Below, piece by piece: positions 49,529-58,131 of a stretch of 64,000 nt of DNA (the stretch's first letter is position 1; each line of letters begins with the position of its first letter). This DNA comes from Candidatus Multivoradales bacterium (GTDB lineage: Bacteria; Acidobacteriota; Thermoanaerobaculia; Multivoradales; Multivoraceae). The position numbers were made by a program, and so were the translations under genes. The notes beneath the pieces are model-generated. The model was given only the letters and a program-made list of their open reading frames with translations. It was not told the origin of the DNA and did not search any database. Location: NCBI GenBank assembly GCA_965223325.1, contig CBDCWI010000001.1, positions 704,001 through 768,000 of the forward strand. Direction: 5' to 3'.

Positions 49529-49738
49529 GACAATCGGCTCCTTAGACCCGTTGGGAGCAGCCCGGCCTCCGTGGACGTAGCTGCGGGTTTCGCTCGACGG
49601 CGCGTGCACGGGAGGCCGGCGGTCTTTGAGCGATAGTTGTCGTTGGAGCCGACAGTCTACACGACCGACTGACCGTCCGGTAGGTAGTCCGAGCCACCAT
49701 CGAGGACCACGCGCGCTCGGCGGTCTACACTGCAGCCC

Positions 49739-50512
49739 GTGAGTTACCCAGATGAGAACCAGACCGCCCGCGCTCGCCTTCGCGAGCTCGTCCACGCCTC
49801 CCGGAAGATCGTCGCCTTCACCGGCGCCGGGATCTCTACCGAATCCGGTATCCCCGACTTTCGAAGTCCCGGAGGCATCTGGTCGAGAATGAAACCAATC
49901 GAGTTCAGCGACTTCATCTCCTCGGCCGCGGCGCGTCGTGAATCGTGGCGTCGCAAGCTCGAAGGCACTGGCTTTCGCGGCGCTGTTCCCAATGCTGGCC
50001 ATGACGCTCTTCACGTTCTCTGGGAGCGCGGACAGCTCAAGGCCGTCATCACCCAGAACGTCGACGGCCTCCATCAGGACTCCGGGATCCCGCCCGATCA
50101 GGTCATCGAGTTGCACGGCAACACGACCTACGCGCGCTGCTTGTCATGTGCCAAGCGCTACGAGATCGAGGACATGCTCGAGGTCTTCAGGCGCACCGAA
50201 AACGGGCCGATCTGCGACGACTGCGGCGGCTACATCAAGACCGCAACCATCTCCTTCGGCCAGTCGATGCCAGAGGAAGAAATGATCCGGGCCGAGATCG
50301 TTGCCAGTGACTGTGATCTCTTCCTGGTGCTGGGGACCTCACTGGCGGTCTATCCGGCAGCCGCGTTTCCGATGATGGCGCGCGCAGCGGGAGCGAAGCT
50401 GGTGATCCTCAATCGCGAAGCGACGGATCAAGATGGGCTCGCCGACCTGGTCGTGCACGACGAACTCGGCGACACCTTGACCTATGCGGTCGGTCAGAAG
50501 CCCACGGCGTAG
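49739..50512 (+). CDS. cobB: Sir2-family NAD-dependent protein deacylase (CobB-like)
   Basis: GAGISTESGIPDFR, TQNVDGLH, ELHG, two CxxC motifs, GTSL.VYPAA. Confidence 0.9.
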   Translation: MSYPDENQTARARLRELVHASRKIVAFTGAGISTESGIPDFRSPGGIWSRMKPIEFSDFISSAAARRESWRRKLEGTGFRGAVPNAGHDALHVLWERGQLKAVITQNVDGLHQDSGIPPDQVIELHGNTTYARCLSCAKRYEIEDMLEVFRRTENGPICDDCGGYIKTATISFGQSMPEEEMIRAEIVASDCDLFLVLGTSLAVYPAAAFPMMARAAGAKLVILNREATDQDGLADLVVHDELGDTLTYAVGQKPTA

Positions 50513-50520
50513 GCGGGGCC

Positions 50521-51465
50521 TCAAGAAGACCGTACGAAGCGCCCCTCGTCGGTTTCGCGGGCCTGGCCCCGAGCGATCAAGCGTTCGAGGTGCATCCCCA
50601 TCATCTTGTGCTCGATCTGTTCAATGCCGGGGATCTCGTCCTGTGGGCGATAGACGAAACGATGGCGTGCGACGTCACCCATCGTGCGCGGTTCAGCGAG
50701 GTACAGGAGTAAGCGCTCGTCGCGCTCCTTGAAACGACCGGCGTAGCGTTCCAGGCGCTGGGCGAAGACGTTGGGATCTTCGATCAACCCAATGTGGTGA
50801 CCCGAGAGCCAGGCGTGGCAGTCAATTTCAGCGACGCGTTGGACAGACTTTTCGAAGGCTTCGAGAGACGACGCGCGATCTCCGTAGTAAGGACCGAAAC
50901 TCGACAGGTCGATGTCGGCGAGGAACAAGAGCCCGGCAGGTTCGATGAGAAAACAAGAGTGCCCCGGCGTATGGCCGGGAGTGAGGATGACTTCGACCGT
51001 CACTCCGCCTCCGAGGTCGAAGCGCTCGCCATCGCGAAACGTCAAAGCGTCGGGGCGTGGCATGAAGTGAAACTCGCGTTCGACCCGGGCGCGAAACGCG
51101 TCGCGGCGCTCCCCCGCCATGCCGAAGATGTCGATGAAGGTATCGATATCGTCGAGGAACCCACGTTCAAACTCGTGCAGCGCGATCGGTAGATCAGACA
51201 AGAGGTCGAGCGCTGCCGCGTGGTCTTCGTGAGCGTGGGTGAGCAGAATCCGGTCAAGGCCGGTCACCGGAGCGCGCACCGAAGGATCCTGGCTGAGGAG
51301 ACGCCGGCGGACGCCGAGCGGCACATCGAGCAGCATGGTTTCTTCAGCACCCCGGACCACGGCCGCGTTGGCATCGGGGTACTTGCCGGAACCAGCGCCG
51401 AGGAGCACGGTCGCGGCACCGAGTGCACGATCTTCGAGAGGCTCTCTCCGTGAATCAGGAAGCAT
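50521..51465 (-). CDS. MBL-fold metallo-hydrolase
   Basis: THAHEDH (HxHxDH), TPGHTPGH, AD, SGH motifs. Confidence 0.85.
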   Translation of the reverse strand: MLPDSRREPLEDRALGAATVLLGAGSGKYPDANAAVVRGAEETMLLDVPLGVRRRLLSQDPSVRAPVTGLDRILLTHAHEDHAAALDLLSDLPIALHEFERGFLDDIDTFIDIFGMAGERRDAFRARVEREFHFMPRPDALTFRDGERFDLGGGVTVEVILTPGHTPGHSCFLIEPAGLLFLADIDLSSFGPYYGDRASSLEAFEKSVQRVAEIDCHAWLSGHHIGLIEDPNVFAQRLERYAGRFKERDERLLLYLAEPRTMGDVARHRFVYRPQDEIPGIEQIEHKMMGMHLERLIARGQARETDEGRFVRSS

Positions 51466-51580
51466 GGGCCGCGCATCCTACTCCGTCATGCCAGAGCCGT
51501 CGTGCCAGATCCGTCATGAAAGAATGGTCGCAACCGCACTCACCGACGCTCTGGCCCAGCCAGGGCGAAGAGGGCCTCTC

Positions 51581-52057
51581 GTGAACACCGACCAGACCGC
51601 ACGCACCGTCCCGTATACGTCGATTGCGATCCTCCTCGCAACCGCCCTCACCTTCTCGGTCACTCCGGGAACGGCCCACGCCTCCGACCCCACATCGGCT
51701 GCGACCGAGGAGGACGCCGTCCGCGATCTCGAAGGAACCTGGCGCGTCCAAAGCGGCGCATCGTCGGACTACGTGCGCTTTGGCGCCAACCACGTGCTCA
51801 CCTGGTACGCCTACGAAAAAGACGAGTGCGTGAGTTCGCGCCACACCTATCGCCTGCAGGGCGACCGGTTCCTCGCTACGCCGGCGCTTCCCGACGGGCG
51901 CAGCTGGTGGCAAATGAAGCAGGAAACCAACAGCCGCATTCGCTTTCTCGAACGTCGCGTCGGCGACAACGGGGAGCAGCTATCGAAGCGCCTGTTCCTG
52001 ATGCGTGCCGCGCTGCCCCAGCGCGACGAGCCGTGCGCGCCTCGCGAACGAAACTAG
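51581..52057 (+). CDS. Secreted hypothetical protein (LEGTW, lipocalin-like start)
   Basis: GTG 51581; signal peptide ending TAHA; 3' part of track ORF 51239-52057. Confidence 0.65.
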   Translation: MNTDQTARTVPYTSIAILLATALTFSVTPGTAHASDPTSAATEEDAVRDLEGTWRVQSGASSDYVRFGANHVLTWYAYEKDECVSSRHTYRLQGDRFLATPALPDGRSWWQMKQETNSRIRFLERRVGDNGEQLSKRLFLMRAALPQRDEPCAPRERN

Positions 52058-52072
52058 TACCAACGCGAGACG

Positions 52073-52102
52073 AAAAAGGGAGGCAGCCGAAGTTGCCTCC
52101 CT
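52073..52102 (-). terminator. Rho-independent terminator downstream of the peptidase gene
   Basis: Minus strand reads AGGGAGGCAAC-TTCG-GCTGCCTCCCT-TTTT: an 11-bp stem, a cUUCGg loop and a U-tract. Confidence 0.85.
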
Positions 52103-52157
52103 CATGCATCCACTGGGGCCTTCATCCGAAGAGAAGGTAACCCAGCCGTCGAGCGAC

Positions 52158-54122
52158 CTACTTGATGGCGGACCAGCCGTCGGTGCCGGACTCGAAGCTG
52201 TCACGCATGATCAGCGACCCAGGCGGCAGCGTCTTGACCTTCTCGGCGAGCTCGACGAAGCGCACCGGATCGACCAGACCGCGGCCCGAGCCGATGTCGG
52301 CGCCCGGCGGCGACACGTCTTTGGCCGAAAGGTCGAGCAGGGCCTTGAGGTCGGTGTTGGTGAGGCCGGCGTTCTGTCCGAGACCCAGGGCCGCAATCGC
52401 GGCAACGTGAGGCGCAGAGGCCGAGGTGCCGAAGAACGTCGTCGGGAAACCGCCGTTACCGGTCACCGAAACACCATCGACACCGGTCACGTCAGGCTTG
52501 CCGCGCTCCATCGGCATCGGTGTACCGTCCTTCGTGAACCAGATGTGTCCCGGGCCCATCGAGCTGAAAGGCTCGAGGATGTCGAGATCCGGGTTCGGGG
52601 TCCCGTCAATGTTGGCAACCGCACCCATCGCCGCGACCGTCACTGCGCCTTTGGCTTCGGGATGGCCGAACATCGAGTTCCTCGGCACGTTGAAGGTCGG
52701 GGTCATGGCGAAGAAGCCGTTGAAGAAGAGCTCGAACTGCTTGATCCCGGCCGCCGCGTAGCGATCGACACCGACAAAGAAGGAAAGGATGTTGTCGAAG
52801 GGACCCGGCGCCGAGTCGTTGACGACGAAGGCCACTTCGAACGGGTCCTCGGACCCGGCCTGGATCGCGCCACCGATGGCACCGATCGGGAAGAGCCCAG
52901 CCGGATCGCCGGCGAGGAAGCCGAACTCGTCGAACATGTAGAGGTCGAAGTCGACCGCTGCCTGACCCATCGGCTCATTCCAGTACATGAAGGTGGCCGC
53001 GAAGTTGCCGCCGCTGGCCACGACACCACGCCAGAGTGGGTCCGGTGCCCCGCCCAGGGATGCTGCAAAGTCATGCAGGTCGACGAGCGGGAACTCGAGA
53101 TCGGTGCCGGGAGTGATGTCGACGAACTCACCGAGGTAGTGGTCCTGGCGCTGGTTGCCTGCCGAGGTCAGGTAGAGCGTGCCGTTGGCATCTACTGCAT
53201 CGACGGCCTGCGAGATGACGCCATCCTGGAAGTAAGGCTCGGTGAGGTAGCCGACGTCATCGACGACGATGTCGCAACCCTCGCCACCGAAGGCGTCTTC
53301 GGAGAGCCAGGTGACGGCATTGGCAAGACCAACCTGACCAGCGTCACTGAAGGCCGGGCAGAAGCCAAGCTTGGCGTCAGGAGCGACGTCATGGATGATC
53401 TCGAGCATCGCCGTTCCCTCGGCGCCCTGGTCGTCATTCAGCGGGCAGATCTCGAGATCCGGCGGTAGGTCACCGCTCGCCCGCGAGTCGTCGATCCCGC
53501 CGATACCGTTCGAGATCACACACACCGAGGTGCCCGCGCCTTTGATACCCCGAGCGTGCAGGGTGTCGATCATCTGCACCGGAACGCCCTCGCTCTCGAC
53601 CGACCCGACATGCACCTTTTCGCCGATGACCGGCAAGATACTGCGCACCCATTCGTGGCTACCGGCACGGCGCAACACGCCACCGAGGTTGGCCAACGGA
53701 GCCCGCGCGGCGACCCGCACGCTGCCGTCGACGAGCGTGCGGTGGCTGAGAACCTCCAGACCTGCTGCGGCCAGAGTGTCCATCGCATCGGCACCAGCCT
53801 TCGACAACGCGATCTCGACCGCGATCCGGCCGTCGGTGACGCGGAAGAGTGAAGCACTGCGAAGAGCAGCGTTTTCTTCGAGCGCCCAGAGCAGGTTGCT
53901 GGCCTTGTTCTCAGCTGCGGAGCGATTGGCGCGACGCGCGCGCATGCGCTCGGCGCTGGCCTTGGCGTTGGCGAGAAACTCAGGCGTTGCATGGGTCGTT
54001 GCCGACTGCTCAGGCACCGGTAGACGATTGACCTGCGCCGTTGCCGCGGTGGAGGTGAGCGCCGCCAGCAGCAGCACGGCGAGTAGGAGAGTCAGGGTTT
54101 TCTGTGCCGAGGTTCGATTCAA
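52158..54122 (-). CDS. Secreted subtilase (S8/S53-like) serine peptidase
   Basis: Signal peptide and pro-region; VCVISNG, EGTAMLEIIHD, TSAGN, KPDVTGVDGV, FFGTSASAPH; C-terminal IMRDSFESG tail. TTG 54122 follows GGAGG. Confidence 0.85.
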   Translation of the reverse strand: MNRTSAQKTLTLLLAVLLLAALTSTAATAQVNRLPVPEQSATTHATPEFLANAKASAERMRARRANRSAAENKASNLLWALEENAALRSASLFRVTDGRIAVEIALSKAGADAMDTLAAAGLEVLSHRTLVDGSVRVAARAPLANLGGVLRRAGSHEWVRSILPVIGEKVHVGSVESEGVPVQMIDTLHARGIKGAGTSVCVISNGIGGIDDSRASGDLPPDLEICPLNDDQGAEGTAMLEIIHDVAPDAKLGFCPAFSDAGQVGLANAVTWLSEDAFGGEGCDIVVDDVGYLTEPYFQDGVISQAVDAVDANGTLYLTSAGNQRQDHYLGEFVDITPGTDLEFPLVDLHDFAASLGGAPDPLWRGVVASGGNFAATFMYWNEPMGQAAVDFDLYMFDEFGFLAGDPAGLFPIGAIGGAIQAGSEDPFEVAFVVNDSAPGPFDNILSFFVGVDRYAAAGIKQFELFFNGFFAMTPTFNVPRNSMFGHPEAKGAVTVAAMGAVANIDGTPNPDLDILEPFSSMGPGHIWFTKDGTPMPMERGKPDVTGVDGVSVTGNGGFPTTFFGTSASAPHVAAIAALGLGQNAGLTNTDLKALLDLSAKDVSPPGADIGSGRGLVDPVRFVELAEKVKTLPPGSLIMRDSFESGTDGWSAIK

Positions 54123-54446
54123 AGCATCCTCCCGAGTGGATTTGTCGATGGGGTGTTTCGGCGTCTTCTGCACGAGCACCCACGCACGACCATCTTCTAG
54201 TGATGGTGCGAGGGCGCGGGAAGACGGCGCCTACGCCGGGCTCAAGGAAACGATTGTCGCCTGCTGCCAGCCACAAGCAGGTAAGGCGACGATCACAGAA
54301 CAACCCGGCAGCAAAAGTCCGGAATTTTCTACATTATGCGCCGATTCCGACCTCCGGTCAAAGCTTTTCAAGAACGACTAGTTTCAAAACCCCGCGACCC
54401 TCGGATTCGACGAATCCGTCGAACTCCCCTTTGGTACCCTTCTCCG

Positions 54447-55190
54447 GTGACCCTCGAAGCCCATCCAGTCCCCGATTCCGACATTGCACCCTCGAGCTGG
54501 ACGGCCGAGATCGGACTCGTGGCGGTGGGAGGCGAGCTCACCCCCCAGCGTGTTCTGGCCGCCTACTCGCGCGGAATCTTCCCGTGGCCGCTGCTCGGCG
54601 AGGGCGAACCGGTTCTCTGGTGCAGCCCCGATCCACGTTTCGTGCTCTTTCCAGAGAACCTCCACATCCCGCGCAGCCTGGCGCGAGACATCCGCCGCCG
54701 CCCGGTGGAGATCCGCTTCGATACCGCCTTCGAAGAAGTCATGCGGCAGTGTGCACGTGCAGAAAGACCTGGGCAGTCGGGGACCTGGATCACCGAACCG
54801 ATGGTGCACGTCTACACCGTTCTCCATCGCCAGGGCTTTGCACACTCGGTTGAAGCCTGGAATGGGGATCGGCTGGTGGGCGGTCTGTACGGGATTGCCC
54901 TCGGCCGTGCCTTCTTCGGCGAGTCGATGTTCACGCTCGAGCCCAACGCCTCGAAGATCGCCTTCGTGCGGCTCGTCGAACACCTGGGCGTCAATGGCTA
55001 CATGATCGTCGATTGCCAGCAGCGCACCGATCATCTCGAGCGCTTCGGCGCCGACGACATCCCGCGCGAGCGTTTCGTCGACTACCTCGAGGTGGCGCTG
55101 ACAGCACCCGCGACCTCCACCGCGGCATGGCCCACGGGTCCCGTCTCAGAGGGGCCCGGAGAGGCCGCGCTACCGGTCGAGAGCGGGTAG
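54447..55190 (+). CDS. aat: Leucyl/phenylalanyl-tRNA-protein transferase
   Basis: GLVAVGG.L, AYSRGIFPW, WCSPDPR, TWIT, AHSVEAW, GGLYG, FFGESMF, NASK, DCQ. Start uncertain. Confidence 0.93.
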   Translation: MTLEAHPVPDSDIAPSSWTAEIGLVAVGGELTPQRVLAAYSRGIFPWPLLGEGEPVLWCSPDPRFVLFPENLHIPRSLARDIRRRPVEIRFDTAFEEVMRQCARAERPGQSGTWITEPMVHVYTVLHRQGFAHSVEAWNGDRLVGGLYGIALGRAFFGESMFTLEPNASKIAFVRLVEHLGVNGYMIVDCQQRTDHLERFGADDIPRERFVDYLEVALTAPATSTAAWPTGPVSEGPGEAALPVESG

Positions 55191-56192
55191 GACCTCGTTA
55201 CCCAGCAATTTGACGGCCGCTACCGGATCGGGGCCGAGGGGCGGACCGAAGGAAAGATGCCGCACACCTGCTTCGACGAGCGGTCGTAGACGATCGACAA
55301 TGTCGCGAGGCGTCCCAACGACTCCGATGCGCAGCATGTCGTCGGTCACCAGCGAGCGCGCCAGAACCGGATCACGGTCGATCGCGAGGGCGCGGCGTAC
55401 GGGCGCGAAGTCGATTCGTTCGAGCTCGAGCCGGTCGAGCAAGAGGTCACTGAGCGAGGCGCCGTAGTAGGCCACCTTGTCAGCGAGCACGGCGCGGGCC
55501 TGTGCGCGATCAGGAGCGACCGACACCCACACACAGGCGGCCGCGTCGAGCTCTCCGAGCTCAGGTGAACGGCGAGAAACCCCGCGCTCCAAGAGCGGCT
55601 CGACCGTCGACCAATGTTCGGGAGGAAAGAGAAGCGGTAGGGCGCCGTCGGCGAGCTCACCGCAAAGCTCGAGCATGCGGGGGCCCATGGCGCCGACGTA
55701 GATGGGAATCGGGCGACGACTACCCCCCTTCTCGAAGCGGGCGCCGAAGCGCAGGTAGGCCTCCTCGCGCAAGGTGACGAACGCATTGCTGGTCTCTGGT
55801 TCATAGGAACTGCCTGCCAGAAGGGCGCGCAGCGCCCGAACGGTCGAGCGCATGTCGGCCAGCGGCGTCTTGCGCTCGATTCCGATCCAGCTGAGAAAGT
55901 CGGTCGCGCCAGAACCGACCCCGAGTACGAAGCGACCGCCGCTCGCCTCGTCGAGGGTTGCCGCAACCATCGCGATCTCGGCAACGTGCATCGAATACGG
56001 GTTCATCAAGCCAATGCCGAGTTCGATGCGTTCGGTGCGGAGGGCGGCGGTTGCCTGCAACACTGGCGCGCTGCGCAGGAAGAGATCATTGCTGACCCAT
56101 AGCTGATCGAAGCCGCACTCTTCGGCGGCGACCGCCAGGTCACCGAACTGGCGAACCGACAGGTCGTTGTTGAGGCGCAATGAAAATCGCAT
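55170..56192 (-). CDS. LLM-class (luciferase-like) flavin/F420-dependent oxidoreductase, Mer-like
   Basis: AEECGFDQLW, ATLDEASGGRFVLGVGSG, PIYVGAMGPRML...ADG, SFGPPLGPD. Confidence 0.88.
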   Translation of the reverse strand: MRFSLRLNNDLSVRQFGDLAVAAEECGFDQLWVSNDLFLRSAPVLQATAALRTERIELGIGLMNPYSMHVAEIAMVAATLDEASGGRFVLGVGSGATDFLSWIGIERKTPLADMRSTVRALRALLAGSSYEPETSNAFVTLREEAYLRFGARFEKGGSRRPIPIYVGAMGPRMLELCGELADGALPLLFPPEHWSTVEPLLERGVSRRSPELGELDAAACVWVSVAPDRAQARAVLADKVAYYGASLSDLLLDRLELERIDFAPVRRALAIDRDPVLARSLVTDDMLRIGVVGTPRDIVDRLRPLVEAGVRHLSFGPPLGPDPVAAVKLLGNEVLPALDR

Positions 56193-56275
56193 GTTTCAGA
56201 TCGCTCAGATCGGTGTCATCGGCGACTGCCAGGACCGGGGCGCGAACGAGCCCGGCGGGCGCGCTCGGTTCGCGG

Positions 56276-56665
56276 TCAGTCGTCGACAACCGCCTCGGCT
56301 TCGATCTCGACTGAATACTCGGGCCCAACCAGCGACGCCTGAACCAGCGTGTTCGCCGGCCGGATCGAATGAAAGTACTCACCGTGGACCGTCGCGACCT
56401 CTTCCCAGTCTGAGGTATCGGCGACGAAAACACGCGTGCGCACTACATCTTCGAGACGACCGCCGAGCTGCTCGATGGCAGCGCGAATCTTCTCGAGCAC
56501 GAAACGTGTCTGGTCGGCGGCGCTGCCACCGACCGCGCCATCCGGACCGGTGGCCGTTGTTCCGGCAACCAGAATGCGGTCGCCGACGCGCAGTGCGCGC
56601 GAGTAGCCGAAGCGCTCCTCCCATTCGACCCCACTGCCAACCCGTTGCCGCTTTTTCTCACTCAC
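56276..56665 (-). CDS. RidA/YjgF-family protein
   Basis: WEERFGYSRA.RVG, VAGTT, DVVRTR, HGE.F..IRPA, VEIEAEA. Confidence 0.9.
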   Translation of the reverse strand: MSEKKRQRVGSGVEWEERFGYSRALRVGDRILVAGTTATGPDGAVGGSAADQTRFVLEKIRAAIEQLGGRLEDVVRTRVFVADTSDWEEVATVHGEYFHSIRPANTLVQASLVGPEYSVEIEAEAVVDD

Positions 56666-57998
56666 GAACGATGTCCTCGTTCTCGAGCATCTCCTCGAGA
56701 AGAATGTCGGCGTAACTGGTGATCCAGCTCTCGACCCCAGCGACGCCGACGGTGATGATGACTCGCGAACCGTCTCGCTCGACGGTCGCCGAATCGAGCT
56801 CGACGCTCTCGGTCGAGGCGCGAGAGTCGGCGATCCGTTCGTCGAGCCAGACGCGCAACAGAGCGGCAGCAGACTCGGCCAGGTCGACCCCGGGCAAGCG
56901 CGCCGTGACGACGAACTCGGTCTCGTCCGAGGAAACGACGTCGGCGTCGAGCGTCAACCCCTCGAGCTGGTCGACCAGCTCGAGAACCAGGCCGGCGGTG
57001 CCCTCGTCGTCGGGAACAACCGGTTCGGAATGTTCGACCTCCAGTGTCGAAGCCTCGGCAACTTCCGGCGCCGGCCCACCGAAGGTCCGCTCGATCAGCT
57101 CGACGATCTTACGACCAGAGAACTGCGCGAGCTCGGCTTCGTGGGTCGCCAGCACCATGTCTGCCGAGGCGGTGGCCGCACTCGGAGGACCCGGTAAGTG
57201 ATAGCCGTGTTCGAGGTCACCGTTGGCCTCGAGCATGCGTGCGTCGACCCGGTCCAGGGAATCCTCGAGGAGCGAGGTCGAACTCGAAATCAAAAGGGTG
57301 TTGTTCCACCACGCCACCGCGAAGTCCGCTCCTCCGTTAGCACCCTCGAGCACCAGGATCTCGTGCCCATCGTGGAGGTAGCGATTGTCCTCGGTCTGAC
57401 GCCGGGTCAACCGGAAGATCAGCTTGATGAGTCGCGGGTACTTGGGAAGATTGACGGCGGTCGCGAAGTGCAGCCCGGGAGCGTCGGCCAGGCTGCCATC
57501 ACCAGCCTCGGTTTCTTCGCCAGCTCCTTCCAGGGCATGAGCCTCGTCATCCCGGTCCTGACTGACTTCCAGCACTACCGCCAGACCCTCGACCAGGGCG
57601 CCTCGAATCGAGTCGGCGTCGACCTCCTGGGCATTGAGGGATGTCATCACCGAGGCGAAACCTGGATGGATCTCCGCCATCTGCTCGCGCTGCATCTCTC
57701 GGGTGACCCGCAGGTACTCGGTCATCGCGTACACCACCAGATCGACGGCTCCGTCGTCGTCCGCCAACGGTGCAATGATCGCGGCGCCGGCGACGTCGGG
57801 CGCTACGATGGTCTGCGGCGGCACCTGCGATCCCCGCCCGACGGCCCAGATTCCCCCGAAGATCGACACCAGAATGAAGCCAACGAGCACAATGCCGGCA
57901 ACCAGCGCGCAGCCGTAGAGCACGCGCCGACCGCGCCGGCGACGCTCTTCGTTCGGCGAGGCCGCGGGGGCCGCAGCGTAGGGATTGGGGTCGGTCAC
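56658..57998 (-). CDS. Hypothetical single-pass membrane protein with an acidic extracytoplasmic domain
   Basis: GTG 57998 (MTDPNPYAA), RRRRGRR then one TM helix; overlaps the ridA-like start. Confidence 0.7.
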   Translation of the reverse strand: MTDPNPYAAAPAASPNEERRRRGRRVLYGCALVAGIVLVGFILVSIFGGIWAVGRGSQVPPQTIVAPDVAGAAIIAPLADDDGAVDLVVYAMTEYLRVTREMQREQMAEIHPGFASVMTSLNAQEVDADSIRGALVEGLAVVLEVSQDRDDEAHALEGAGEETEAGDGSLADAPGLHFATAVNLPKYPRLIKLIFRLTRRQTEDNRYLHDGHEILVLEGANGGADFAVAWWNNTLLISSSTSLLEDSLDRVDARMLEANGDLEHGYHLPGPPSAATASADMVLATHEAELAQFSGRKIVELIERTFGGPAPEVAEASTLEVEHSEPVVPDDEGTAGLVLELVDQLEGLTLDADVVSSDETEFVVTARLPGVDLAESAAALLRVWLDERIADSRASTESVELDSATVERDGSRVIITVGVAGVESWITSYADILLEEMLENEDIVRE

Positions 57999-58131
57999 GC
58001 GGTCATTGTACGCCTGAAGGAAATTCCGAGGAATGAGCGTTTCTGGGGCTAGATCCAGGCGCCCGTTCCTGGCTTGGAGAGAAGACGTCGAATACAATGT
58101 ATTTATTCATATTTGTCCGTGAGGATCCCTT

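Noticed and set aside
49739-50512. Sir2-based anti-phage system (Thoeris, DSR or pAgo-associated)
   Set aside because: It is a classic Zn-binding CobB-like sirtuin with no defence partner genes nearby.
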